Assembly: GCA_963794325.1 (NCBI GenBank)
Contig: CAWCDG010000005.1
Span: forward strand, 96,001 to 160,000
Direction of reading: 5' to 3'
Source of the DNA: an uncultured delta proteobacterium
GTDB taxonomy: Bacteria > Desulfobacterota > Binatia > Binatales > Binataceae
Length of the DNA stretch: 64,000 bases
Shown: positions 31,863 to 41,507 of the stretch, piece by piece
Numbering within the stretch: the stretch's first letter is position 1
Layout: each line of letters starts with the position of its first letter
Made by a program: the position numbers and the translations under genes
The notes under the pieces: model-generated
What the model saw: only the letters and a program-made list of their open reading frames with translations
Database searches by the model: none
What the model was told of the DNA's origin: nothing

Positions 31863-33632
31863 CTATTTAGCGGCTTCTGGAGAAATTTCAAATAGGGACA
31901 GCGACCCGGCGCCGTCGATCAGATTGGACTTCGTAAGGAACTTGAGCCGCGCGCGATACTGAGGCGTCATACTGTCCAAGTCGCGGCGCGCCGCGACCAA
32001 GTAGACCGGCTGGCCGGGGACGACATTTGCACATTGAGGACTCGCCAGATCGGGTGCGGCAACGCCGTAGTAGTATGAAAGCTCGTAGTTGATACCACTC
32101 GGAACGCATAGCTGATGGCCGTGGACGTAATCCGCAACTATCGGGGACAGCGGCTTCATGCTGCGCATAGTGGCAACGTAGGGCCTCAGCACCGCTGTCC
32201 AGCAGAAACTTCCGAAGAGCGCCAGGACACCAAACGTAACGCCCATATTAAATGTAACGCCGCCCCTGACAATCGTGCGCCGCGGAAAAACTTTCGAGAA
32301 TATCGCGAACCCAACCCATAACATCCAGGCGACCAGGAGTCCGACGGCATGCTTCTGAAAGATTTCACGGAAGGCCGCGTAATACGCCGAGTCGCTCGAC
32401 TGAAGATTCAAATGAGGCGCAAAGCCGGGAAAGAGGACCAGGAAAACAAGACCTGCCAATGGGACCAGCAGGAATATCCAGACGATCGCGTCGCGCAACT
32501 TCGCAGCGACGCCGCGGGCGCTCAGCGTGAACGCCGATGCGCACAGGATTGCGATCCCCGGTAGCGCCGGCAGGATGTAATCGTCGCGCTTGACGCTCGC
32601 GATCGAGAAAAAGAGCAGCACTGCGAGCGACATGCTGACCTGGTAGATCACTGCGCGGCGCTTTTCCGGGGAAATCTCGCCGGTGTAGAAGGCGAGCGCG
32701 GCGGGCAAGATCAGTAGCGTCATCGGGAAACTGCCGCCTAGCAATCGCGCGGCTATATAGTAGAAGGGCCGATAACTCTCGCCGGTGCCGCCGAGCTTGG
32801 CCGGCATGAAATGTCCGAAATTCTCGGCGAAGATTATCCGGATGATCTTGTGCCCGCCGACGATCGCGGCAGGTACGTACCAGACCGCGCCAATCGCGAT
32901 CGCAATCGCGACGACCTGCCACGGCCATCGTTGTCGCAGAAGTGCGAATGGATTGCGGCGCTCGATCAGCAGAGAAATCGAGACGGCGAGCGCGCACAGC
33001 ACGATCGCAACCGGGCCCTTGGTGAGAATCGCGAGACCGAGCATCACGCCGACGAATATTCGCTTTTGCTGTCGCGAAGAGCCGGGCGATTCCAGCGTGT
33101 CGAGCATCGGATAGATCGCCGAGTACGCGGCGAACAGCAGGAAGGTCAGCAGCATGTCGGTCAACGCTTCGGTCGCGCGCGACGCGAATCCGTAGGTGCC
33201 GAGTAAAAACAGAAACGCGAGCAATCCTTCTGACGAGCCGACGTTCGCCGCAGTCCACGCGAGGACGGTTACTGCGAGCGCGGTGCCCGCCACGACGGAT
33301 ACGGCGCGCGCGCGAACTTCGTCGACGGTGCGGCCGGTGGATTCCGCCACGATCGCGGAGAGCCAATAGAATAGCGGCGGTTTGCGATCGGTGTAGCCGT
33401 ACGCGTCGTGCGGTATCAGCCAGTGGCCGTCGCGCACGATGCTCTGAATCCATTCGGCGGATTGCGGCTCGGCGTCCTTCTGAAACGGCGCGCTGATTCC
33501 CTGCGCGAGCACGATGAACGCGAACAGCGCGGCGATCGCGAGAGTTGTGGGCCTAGAAATCGTGCGACTCGCGGCTATGTCGTCGCGCGCCAGAATCACG
33601 GACGGCGGGCCGTCGCGATTGGATCGAGCCAC
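31863..33632 (-). CDS. ArnT/PMT-like (GT-C fold) membrane glycosyltransferase
   Basis: D.EP, KPPLFYW, LAILTKGP, K...YILPA.P; multi-TM. Confidence 0.87.
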   Translation of the reverse strand: MARSNRDGPPSVILARDDIAASRTISRPTTLAIAALFAFIVLAQGISAPFQKDAEPQSAEWIQSIVRDGHWLIPHDAYGYTDRKPPLFYWLSAIVAESTGRTVDEVRARAVSVVAGTALAVTVLAWTAANVGSSEGLLAFLFLLGTYGFASRATEALTDMLLTFLLFAAYSAIYPMLDTLESPGSSRQQKRIFVGVMLGLAILTKGPVAIVLCALAVSISLLIERRNPFALLRQRWPWQVVAIAIAIGAVWYVPAAIVGGHKIIRIIFAENFGHFMPAKLGGTGESYRPFYYIAARLLGGSFPMTLLILPAALAFYTGEISPEKRRAVIYQVSMSLAVLLFFSIASVKRDDYILPALPGIAILCASAFTLSARGVAAKLRDAIVWIFLLVPLAGLVFLVLFPGFAPHLNLQSSDSAYYAAFREIFQKHAVGLLVAWMLWVGFAIFSKVFPRRTIVRGGVTFNMGVTFGVLALFGSFCWTAVLRPYVATMRSMKPLSPIVADYVHGHQLCVPSGINYELSYYYGVAAPDLASPQCANVVPGQPVYLVAARRDLDSMTPQYRARLKFLTKSNLIDGAGSLSLFEISPEAAK

Positions 33633-34603
33633 AGATGCTGCACGCCGCCGACGGGATCGTAGCGCGCCACCTGCATCGAGGCGGCGTTGTGCGCGTAACC
33701 GATCCGGCCGCGCCGGTCGATCAGAATTACACCGGCCTCCGCGCCGGTCGCGTCGATCATATCGAGGATCGCTTCGCGCGCGACTTCCTTGGGCGCGGCG
33801 TCGGAAAGCGCCAACACTGCTTCACGGCAGAGCGCGGTCAGGATAATCGCCTCGCCCTGGCCGGTCGCCGACGCGGCGCCGAATGCGTGCGCGAAAGTGC
33901 CGGCTCCGATCAGCGCGGAATCGCCGACACGTCCGAAAAGTTTGCCGGGGACGCCGCCGGTCGAGGTCGCAGCCGCAATCGCGCCATGCACATCGACCGC
34001 GGCCGCGCCTACCGTGCCGTGGCCCATCGCGGCGCGCGCGGCGGCCCCGGCCTCGAGTATCCCGGCCTGCTCCTTCCGCACGCGCCATCGATCGCGCGCG
34101 CGATCGGTCACCATTTCCTCGGGACGCACGAGCCGGATACCGACCTTGCGCGCGAAATTCTCGGCGCCGGGCCCCGCCATCAGGATGTGCGGCGAATGTT
34201 CCATCACGGCGCGCGCGAGCATGATTGGATTTCGCACGCGGCTGACGGCCGCGACCGCGCCGGCCGAGACGCTGTAGTCGGCATCGTGAGAATGAGAGCG
34301 TTTGCCGCGAGGTGTGGAGTCTGAAGGAACGGGCTCGGCGTACATCACGGAGGCGTCCATCTCGACGTTGCCTTCGGAGTTGAGCAGCGAGCCGTAGCCG
34401 GCATTGAAGAGCGGATGATCTTCGAGGGCCGCGACGGTCGCGACCACAGCCTCGAGCGCACTGCCCTTGGCGCGCAGAATTTCCGCGCCGAGGCGTATCG
34501 CCGCCATCATCGCGCGGCGTCGCTCCGGGCGCTCGATCCCGGGCCCCGCGTTACCGGCGCCGCCGTGCGCAACGAGTGCAGAACGATTGCGCGCGCGAGC
34601 CAT
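33596..34603 (-). CDS. iaaA: Isoaspartyl peptidase / L-asparaginase (Ntn hydrolase)
   Basis: HGGAG, FNAGYG, EMDAS, GTVGA nucleophile, TSTGG, GRVGDS. Confidence 0.88.
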   Translation of the reverse strand: MARARNRSALVAHGGAGNAGPGIERPERRRAMMAAIRLGAEILRAKGSALEAVVATVAALEDHPLFNAGYGSLLNSEGNVEMDASVMYAEPVPSDSTPRGKRSHSHDADYSVSAGAVAAVSRVRNPIMLARAVMEHSPHILMAGPGAENFARKVGIRLVRPEEMVTDRARDRWRVRKEQAGILEAGAAARAAMGHGTVGAAAVDVHGAIAAATSTGGVPGKLFGRVGDSALIGAGTFAHAFGAASATGQGEAIILTALCREAVLALSDAAPKEVAREAILDMIDATGAEAGVILIDRRGRIGYAHNAASMQVARYDPVGGVQHLWLDPIATARRP

Positions 34604-34604
34604 C

Positions 34605-35402
34605 TTACGGTCCGGGACGGCGGCCCCAGATAAACAGCCGCTTGAAGTCGAACGTCATCGAGCCGGAAGTACGGTAAGCCGCGTTGAGCCGAGTCGTCAG
34701 TTGGTCGAGAAATTCTGTGTGACGATCTTTCGGCAGCGCGTCGAGGAAGGGACGCAGGCCGGTCGAGCGGTACCATTGAACGACATCGGCGGGCCGATCC
34801 ATCGGATGGTGAAACGTCAGGTGATAGCAGTCGATTCGATCGAAGCCGAGCTGCGCGAGCATCGCGGCATAAAATTCCGGCGGCTCTTCATGAAACGCAC
34901 GGTCGCGCCCGCGGAGCATCGTACTCCATGGCGCCTCGCGCGCGAGCCGTCCGATTTCCATCTTCGCGGTTTCGGTTTCGTTGGCGGGCATCTGGACGAC
35001 GATCGTTCCGCTGGGCTGGAGCGCGTCGAAGCATGCGGCGAACAGCGCGCGATGGTCGGGAATCCACTGAAAGGTGGCGTTGGAGAATATCAACGAGTAT
35101 GTACGGTCGGCGCGGAACTCGGCAGCGTTGAGAATCTCGAATGAGACGCGGCGCTTGAGCTCGGCAGGTTCAGCGTCGAGCAGCTCGCGCGCCGCTTCGA
35201 TCATCGCGGGGGAGCCGTCGACGCCGAGCGCGGACCCACGCGGACTGCGGCGCGCCAGTTCGAGCGTATTCTCGCCGGAGCCGCATCCGAGATCGATGAT
35301 TTTCTCGTCATCGGTAAGTTGCAGTCGCGAGAGAATATGCGCGGCGGGTTCCGCGCGGTAACGTCGAAAGCGGTTGTAGAGTTCAGGATCCCAATCAGCC
35401 AT
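34605..35402 (-). CDS. tam: Trans-aconitate 2-methyltransferase-like SAM methyltransferase
   Basis: WDP..Y.RF, DLGCG.G, SNATFQW.PDH, STGLRPFL. Confidence 0.82.
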   Translation of the reverse strand: MADWDPELYNRFRRYRAEPAAHILSRLQLTDDEKIIDLGCGSGENTLELARRSPRGSALGVDGSPAMIEAARELLDAEPAELKRRVSFEILNAAEFRADRTYSLIFSNATFQWIPDHRALFAACFDALQPSGTIVVQMPANETETAKMEIGRLAREAPWSTMLRGRDRAFHEEPPEFYAAMLAQLGFDRIDCYHLTFHHPMDRPADVVQWYRSTGLRPFLDALPKDRHTEFLDQLTTRLNAAYRTSGSMTFDFKRLFIWGRRPGP

Positions 35403-35535
35403 GAGCGTCGCCCTGCATCGCAGCATAAGTGGCGAATGAAACGCTCACAAGCACGACAGCCGTTGTCATTTCGGGTTGATAGATTATTCGGTTCGGTCGG
35501 CGAAATTTCTTGATCATAGCGGAGGGTCAATTTCT

Positions 35536-35748
35536 ATGGCCAAAAAGACTTTGCGCAACATTGGACGGATGCATCGCGTGAAATGCGACTGGTGCGGGCT
35601 TATGATGGCGTGTAGCTGCTTTTTTGATGCGCTCGTAGATAAACCGTCCGAAGGACATCCTATGGTTCTTTGTCCTCGATGCCAGGTCGGCGAGTTCCTC
35701 AACCTGCTGCATGGACGTGCTCAAAATGCGCGTGGTTCACAAGTCTGA
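35536..35748 (+). CDS. Small Cys-rich putative zinc-binding protein
   Basis: GGAGG RBS; CDWC, CSC, CPRC in 70 aa; 15 nt before the ATPase gene. Confidence 0.6.
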   Translation: MAKKTLRNIGRMHRVKCDWCGLMMACSCFFDALVDKPSEGHPMVLCPRCQVGEFLNLLHGRAQNARGSQV

Positions 35749-35763
35749 AGAAGGGAGATCCGC

Positions 35764-36903
35764 ATGATTGAAGAAACCAAATCGTATCCGGCAGACACCG
35801 TGGCGTGGCATCTGGAGGCCGACGATCAGCACGGGCTGCCGACGGCGGTGTTTCAGTCGATGGTGTGCGCGAGCGGGATGAAGGTGGTCCGAAGAATCGA
35901 CTTCGATGCGAGCGACGGAAAGTTGCAGCCCGATTCGATCAAGGGCGAGCGCGTCTTGTGGTCCGAATACCTGGAATTTCGATCGCTCGTGGTTCGCGAC
36001 AACGAAGCCGGCGCAATCGTGATGGCCAGCCAGGGATACGGGAGCTTCGACGTGTCGATCGCGGCGTCGGACCTCGCGGTGACGGACAAGATAGTCGAGG
36101 ATTTGCGAAAGGCGTTTCCGCCGTCTCCGATTGGGACCGAGCCGGTGTTACCACTCGCGTTTTGGCATCACGGGAGTTCCGGGCCGATGAGGACTGTTCG
36201 CAAAATCGAGGTGACCGACTGGAGCGAAATCGAAAAGAACTATAGCGGTGGGACCAAGTCGAAGCTCGGACCCCTCGTCCAGGATTTCAAACCGTCGCGT
36301 CACAGCGGCCAACTGCTGCTGTGGCATGGCGAACCGGGCACCGGAAAGACCTGGGCGATTCGCGCGTTGGCGTGGGCATGGAAAAGCTGGTGCCGTTTCG
36401 AATACGTGATCGATCCCGAACAGTTGCTGGAGCGCGGCGACTACTTGATGGAGGTGCTGCTGGAGCGCGCGCATCGGCATTCGCCGGAAGTTTCGGTTTC
36501 GTTGGACTATCAAGAGCCGGCAGAGCCTGAAAAGTGGCGGTTGCTGATTCTCGAGGACAGCGGCGAAATGATGCGGGTAGACGCGAAAAAGTCTCTCGGA
36601 CAAGGCCTGTCGAGACTGCTGAACATTTCCGACGGGATCCTCGGGCAAGGAACCAGAACGATGATCCTGATCACCACCAACGAAGAGCTGGGCAAGTTGA
36701 ATAGCGCGATCACGCGGCCGGGGAGATGCTTTTCAGAGATCAGTTTCGAGCGCCTCAATGTCGAAGAGGCAAATGCCTGGATGCGCGCCAGCGGATGCGC
36801 CAGTCGAGTGGACCGCGCGTGCAACCTGTCGGAGCTGTATGCGATCGCAAATGGGCTGAGTCACGAAGAGCCGGCGCGAAAAATCGGTTTTCGCACACAC
36901 TGA
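35764..36903 (+). CDS. DUF5925-type AAA+ ATPase (BCS1-like)
   Basis: Walker A GEPGTGKT, Walker B LILED, LSRLLNISDGILGQG, TTN, RPGR, IGF tail. Confidence 0.85.
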   Translation: MIEETKSYPADTVAWHLEADDQHGLPTAVFQSMVCASGMKVVRRIDFDASDGKLQPDSIKGERVLWSEYLEFRSLVVRDNEAGAIVMASQGYGSFDVSIAASDLAVTDKIVEDLRKAFPPSPIGTEPVLPLAFWHHGSSGPMRTVRKIEVTDWSEIEKNYSGGTKSKLGPLVQDFKPSRHSGQLLLWHGEPGTGKTWAIRALAWAWKSWCRFEYVIDPEQLLERGDYLMEVLLERAHRHSPEVSVSLDYQEPAEPEKWRLLILEDSGEMMRVDAKKSLGQGLSRLLNISDGILGQGTRTMILITTNEELGKLNSAITRPGRCFSEISFERLNVEEANAWMRASGCASRVDRACNLSELYAIANGLSHEEPARKIGFRTH

Positions 36904-36968
36904 ACGCTGACGCCAATAATCTTGCGAACGCTTGCGGTGGCGTGTGCAATCGTGCACAAGCATAGCGG

Positions 36969-37970
36969 ATGAATGATCCCGCCGAATCTCAGCCGGTGAC
37001 GCCGGAGCGCAAGCCGCGCCGTATTTTCGGTATCGGCGCAATCCTGCTGAGCATCCCGATTATTCTCTGGATGGGAGCGGCGTTCTTCGTCGCGCGCTCA
37101 TTGATGTACCCGGAGTTCATCCGGCGCGGCGGACAGGACGTTTTCGGACAACATGTTCCGGCCTTCCAGCGAGGTTCGGTAACCGACATCGGGAAGGCGC
37201 TCGGCATCGAGCCGGAGCGATTGGATTGCGGGGTGGTCGAAGAGGACGGTATCCGTCGTCGCCAGGTCAGCGTGGTCGGATGGTATTTCCCGGGCAAGCG
37301 GCGCGAGGTGGTGGTGATTCTGCCCGCGGCAGGAGCGCCAGAGACGGCGATAATTCCGTACGCCAAGTTTCTGCTGGAAGCCGGCTACACCGTGGTCGAG
37401 GCTTACAGCAGCAACAATCCGAGCTACGGGATCAATTGGGGAATGCTCAAGCGCAAATTCGCGCTGGCGACCGCACGCACCCTGAGCAACGACGGCTTCA
37501 AGAAAATCGCGGCGCTAGGAATTGCAGAAGGTGCCGCCGGCGCGATCATGGCGCAAGCCGAACAGCCGGTGTTCAAGGCGGTCGTCGCCGATAGCTCCTA
37601 CGCGAACCTCGAGCAGCTGTTCATGCGGAGCCCGTCGATGACGCGGCTGAATCCCGCCTTCGTCAGAACGGTGATGTGGGAAGCTCGGCTGTGGTTCGGC
37701 CGGCCGCTGGGAAAAATCTCGCCCGAGAATGACGCCGCCAACCTGGGTTGTCCGCTGCTCATCATCCAGAATCGCGACGACCAGGTGACGCCCCTGGCGG
37801 ACGGCAAGGCGCTATTCGACGCCGCGCGCTACAACGCGCAGATGTGGACGGTACCATCGGGCGGTCATGGCGACGCGATCTACGAGGATCCCAAGGGATA
37901 CGCCGCGCAGGTTGTCAATTTCCTCGACGCGAATTTCGCGATCGAACGGCCAAAGCCGCCCGGGCACTGA
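36969..37970 (+). CDS. Membrane-anchored alpha/beta hydrolase fold protein, nucleophile Ser replaced by Ala
   Basis: N-terminal TM; GIAEGA at nucleophile elbow; VVADS.Y, P.LII...DD.V.P, GGH. Confidence 0.8.
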   Translation: MNDPAESQPVTPERKPRRIFGIGAILLSIPIILWMGAAFFVARSLMYPEFIRRGGQDVFGQHVPAFQRGSVTDIGKALGIEPERLDCGVVEEDGIRRRQVSVVGWYFPGKRREVVVILPAAGAPETAIIPYAKFLLEAGYTVVEAYSSNNPSYGINWGMLKRKFALATARTLSNDGFKKIAALGIAEGAAGAIMAQAEQPVFKAVVADSSYANLEQLFMRSPSMTRLNPAFVRTVMWEARLWFGRPLGKISPENDAANLGCPLLIIQNRDDQVTPLADGKALFDAARYNAQMWTVPSGGHGDAIYEDPKGYAAQVVNFLDANFAIERPKPPGH

Positions 37971-37975
37971 GCGCG

Positions 37976-38020
37976 GAACCTAACCCCTATCCCCTTCCCA
38001 TAGTGGGAAGGGGAATCGGA
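37976..38020. repeat. REP-like family 1 copy (reverse)
   Basis: aacctaacccctatccccttcccatagtgggaaggggaatcgga between convergent genes. Confidence 0.88.
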
Positions 38021-38043
38021 GGTTTAGGTTTTTCGCTTGAGCG

Positions 38044-38937
38044 CTACATGCGCGGCTGACTTAGATCTACCAGCAGCGTGTTCTTTAGGCGCTCGAAAAG
38101 TTCGTCGATGTTCCAGGGGCCGTTGTTGTAGAGAACTTTGTCGGGCGTGATGTGGCGATAGCGCATAAGGCGGTAGCCCGACGCGCCGAAGCATTGGCCG
38201 GTGACGTTTGCAGCGTCGTCGCTGGCGAGGAACACCACGATCGGCGCGACGTTGGCAGGATCGCGCGGCGTGCCTTCGACCTTGTCGGACTGCGCGATTC
38301 CGGTCGCACCGGGCATCCGGCCCGCGGGAATCGTGTCGGTCATGCGGGTCGATGCGCCCGGCATGATCGCATTCACGGTGATTCCATATTTGTGCAGCGA
38401 GTTCGCGCTCGAATACGTCAGCCCCAGGATTCCCGCCTTGGCCGCCGCGTAGTTCGGCTGTCCCGGACTGCCGAGCGCCGAGTTCGACGAGAAGTTGATA
38501 ATCCGGCCGTACTTGCGCTCGCGCATATGCGCCGACGCCGGTTTGATCGTGCAGTAGTGCCCCTTCAGGTGCACCCGGATCACGTCGTCCCATTCCTGTT
38601 CGGTCATGTTGAAGATCATGCGGTCGCGCAGGATGCCCGCGACGTTCACCAGGATATCCAGCTTGCCGAATTCCTTGATCGCCTGGTTGACGAGACCTTC
38701 ACCGCCTTCGACGGTAGCGATATCCATGTGATTGGAAACCGCGTTGCCGCCCGCGGCTTTGATTTCTTTGGCGACGTCATCGGCGGGCGACTGAGTTTCT
38801 TTCTGTCCCGCGACCGTGACGCCAAGATCGTTGACTACCACTGCGCATCCCTGCGTGGCGAATGCCCTCGCGATGCCGCGGCCGATACCGCGGCCACCGC
38901 CGGTGATGGCGGCTACTTTTCCGTCGAGCTTGCCCAT
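38044..38937 (-). CDS. SDR family oxidoreductase
   Basis: TGGGRGIG, AGILRD, YAAAK. Confidence 0.92.
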   Translation of the reverse strand: MGKLDGKVAAITGGGRGIGRGIARAFATQGCAVVVNDLGVTVAGQKETQSPADDVAKEIKAAGGNAVSNHMDIATVEGGEGLVNQAIKEFGKLDILVNVAGILRDRMIFNMTEQEWDDVIRVHLKGHYCTIKPASAHMRERKYGRIINFSSNSALGSPGQPNYAAAKAGILGLTYSSANSLHKYGITVNAIMPGASTRMTDTIPAGRMPGATGIAQSDKVEGTPRDPANVAPIVVFLASDDAANVTGQCFGASGYRLMRYRHITPDKVLYNNGPWNIDELFERLKNTLLVDLSQPRM

Positions 38938-39079
38938 CGATCAAATCTCCCTTGCGGCATGATGCCGGAATCCGAACGCGCACAGCGTTTCGGTTCATGT
39001 GATAGTGCGCTTATACCGCAAAACTCGGCGAACGGAACAGACGCGCGCGGAGAGGGCGGGCACGGCGGCGCGCCCCACC

Positions 39080-40144
39080 CTACTTACCAACGTGCTCGCT
39101 GTATGGATTCGAAAAAACGAATTCCCTGACATCGCCCGACGTACTGAGCCGCCCGACCTTGCCATTGGGCTCGGTGAACCACAGCGTGCCGTCGGGAGCG
39201 GCGGTGATGAAAGTCGCCATCGAGTTTGGCGGCATCGGGAACGCGGTAAATTCGCCATTCGGCGTCAGGCGATAGATCACATGCGCACGAATCACGGTCA
39301 CCCATAGATTTTTGTCGGTGCCCGATGCAATTCCGAGTGGCACGCCGGCCGTCGGCAGCGAGAACTCGGACACGAACCCGTCGGGTGTGATTCGGCCCAC
39401 CTTGTCTGACTGCGGCTGTGTGAACCACACACTCCCGTCAGGGCCGAGCACCATCATCGCCGGGCGCGTGCCAGGCGCCAGAATTTGGAATTCCTTGACC
39501 TTGCCCGACGCTGTCACCTTCGCGATTCGATTGACGTTATCCTCGGCGACCCACAGGTTACCGTCGCTGCCGGTGACCAGTTCGGCGGGACCGGTGCCCT
39601 TCGGCAGATCGATCTCGGTCAAAGTGCCGGTCGTGCTGAGCCGGCCGATGCGATTTCCCGAATGCTCGGTGAACCATAAGTTGCCGTCAGCGCCCGCGGT
39701 GATTCCGGCCGGCCCGCTATCTGAATGCGGCAATTTGACGTACGCGATTTTTCCGTCCGGTGCGACGCGGCCGATCCGGTTGCCGACGGTGTCCGTGAAC
39801 CAGACTGCGCCGTCGGGCCCTGCGGTAATTCGTTCGGCGAATCCGTCGGGATCGATCGGAAAGCGCTTGGTGGCGCCGTATGGAGTCATCCGCCCGATGC
39901 CGTCGCCCTGGTATTCGGTAAACCACAGATTGCCGTCGAGGCCCGCCGTGATTGCGTACGGCGCATGCGTACCGAGCGGCGCGCCGGTGGGAGTCGGTGT
40001 CGCGCTCGGAGTTGCCGCGGCAACCACTGGCGCCTGCTTCGCAGGCGAGGTTGGTCGTTTCGATGTCGCGCATCCATCGACGATCGCGATCGCGCAGATC
40101 AGAACAGCGAATAACAGTGCTCGGCAGATCGACCGATGGCTCAA
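39080..40144 (-). CDS. Vgb-like beta-propeller lipoprotein
   Basis: Seven ITxGPDGxxWFT-type repeats; signal peptide ending in DG-C; Pro/Thr linker; TTG start overlapping upstream TGA inferred. Confidence 0.8.
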   Translation of the reverse strand: MSHRSICRALLFAVLICAIAIVDGCATSKRPTSPAKQAPVVAAATPSATPTPTGAPLGTHAPYAITAGLDGNLWFTEYQGDGIGRMTPYGATKRFPIDPDGFAERITAGPDGAVWFTDTVGNRIGRVAPDGKIAYVKLPHSDSGPAGITAGADGNLWFTEHSGNRIGRLSTTGTLTEIDLPKGTGPAELVTGSDGNLWVAEDNVNRIAKVTASGKVKEFQILAPGTRPAMMVLGPDGSVWFTQPQSDKVGRITPDGFVSEFSLPTAGVPLGIASGTDKNLWVTVIRAHVIYRLTPNGEFTAFPMPPNSMATFITAAPDGTLWFTEPNGKVGRLSTSGDVREFVFSNPYSEHVGK

Positions 40145-41298
40145 TTGACGATCCGATTTGCTCTCAATTCGGAAATCTCGCGAGCGTCGAATCCGAACTC
40201 GCCGAGAATTTCGTCGGTGTGCTGCCCGAGGTCCGGCGGATGCCGCCACAACTCGGGCTCGGTGCGCGAGAATCGCGCGGGCGATCGCACGGCGCGCACG
40301 CGTCCGGCCCTGGGATGCTCGTACTCGAAGAACGTCTCATTCGCGACGAACTGCGGATCGGTCCAAATCGAGTCGTAGTCGTTGACCGGGCCGCATGGAA
40401 CGTCGGCGGCTTCGATGCGCTCGAGCCAGTATGCTGACGGCTGGGTCGGGAACAACGTGATCAGGCTCTTGATCGAACGCCGCACGCGGTCGGGCCGCGG
40501 CTCGTCGCCTTCGAACCATTCCGGATGGCCGACCGCGTTGAGAATCGCGGTCCAATGTTTGTCAGTGAGCGGCGCAATCGTAATGAAGCCGTCGGCGGTC
40601 TGAAACGGCTCGAGCGTATTCATCGATGGCGCGACTCCCGCATCGTGCGGAAGGTAAGTGTGGCGCGACGCAGTGTCGGGCATCAGGTAGTAAGCGACCG
40701 CGTCGATCATCGCGATCTGGAGATGCTGCCCTTTGCCGCTGCGCTGTGCCTCGTTGAGCGCCGCGAGAATCGAAATCGCCGCCGTCATCGCGGTGACCTT
40801 GTCGCCGAGAATATTCTTGACCGCGCGCGGGCGCCCCTGCGTGCGCTGCGAAGTCATCACTCCCGCCATCCCCTGGATAATCGGATCGTAAGCAGGCTTG
40901 TTCACCGACGGCCCCGAGAAACCGTAGCCGGCGATCGAGCAGTAAACAATTTTGGGATTGCGCGCCGCGACCGTTTCGTAGCCAACACCCAGGCGATCCA
41001 CGACGCCGGGGCGTACGTTCTGCACGACAACGTCGGAGCGCTCCGCCATCTTGAGGAAAACCTCGGCGGCGCCGGCTTGCTTGAGATCGAGCATCATCGC
41101 GCGCTTGTTGCGATTCCAGTTGAGGATCGCGACGGTAACGCCACCGCGCTCCTTGCCGGAGAGCATTCGCGAAACGTCGCCGTCGGGCGGCTCGATTTTG
41201 ATTACGTCGGCGCCGAGGTCGCCGAGCATCATGGTGCAGAACGGTCCCGACACCACCATGCTCAAATCGAGTACGCGAATTCCTTCAAGCGGTCCCAT
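40141..41298 (-). CDS. CaiB/BaiF family III CoA-transferase
   Basis: PLEGIRVLDL, GADVIKIEPP.GD, NRNKR, LGQHTDEIL. Confidence 0.92.
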   Translation of the reverse strand: MGPLEGIRVLDLSMVVSGPFCTMMLGDLGADVIKIEPPDGDVSRMLSGKERGGVTVAILNWNRNKRAMMLDLKQAGAAEVFLKMAERSDVVVQNVRPGVVDRLGVGYETVAARNPKIVYCSIAGYGFSGPSVNKPAYDPIIQGMAGVMTSQRTQGRPRAVKNILGDKVTAMTAAISILAALNEAQRSGKGQHLQIAMIDAVAYYLMPDTASRHTYLPHDAGVAPSMNTLEPFQTADGFITIAPLTDKHWTAILNAVGHPEWFEGDEPRPDRVRRSIKSLITLFPTQPSAYWLERIEAADVPCGPVNDYDSIWTDPQFVANETFFEYEHPRAGRVRAVRSPARFSRTEPELWRHPPDLGQHTDEILGEFGFDAREISELRANRIVN

Positions 41299-41398
41299 CG
41301 ATGCCTCCGAAGTTGCTTATATAGTTCAACCCCATCCACCCGACAACTTGACCATGAACTGCCTCTCTCGCAGGGAGAGGCATTTCTTCCCTTACCAA

Positions 41399-41491
41399 CT
41401 TCCTGACAGGGACGAAGTCCCGCATCATTTTTAATACCGGGTGCAGGGGTCACCCCTGCCGAAGGAAGCATGAAACCCACCGCGGGTTTCA
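41399..41491. repeat. Family 3 repeat, single arm
   Basis: acagggacgaagtcccgcatc...gggtgcaggggtcacccctgcc-gaaggaagc-atgaaacc..ggtttcat. Confidence 0.8.
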
Positions 41492-41507
41492 TTTAAATCA
41501 AGTTCTC

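Noticed and set aside
39080-40144. Streptogramin B resistance gene vgb
   Set aside because: The fold matches, but this is a predicted lipoprotein of a widespread propeller family; catalytic equivalence cannot be shown from sequence alone.
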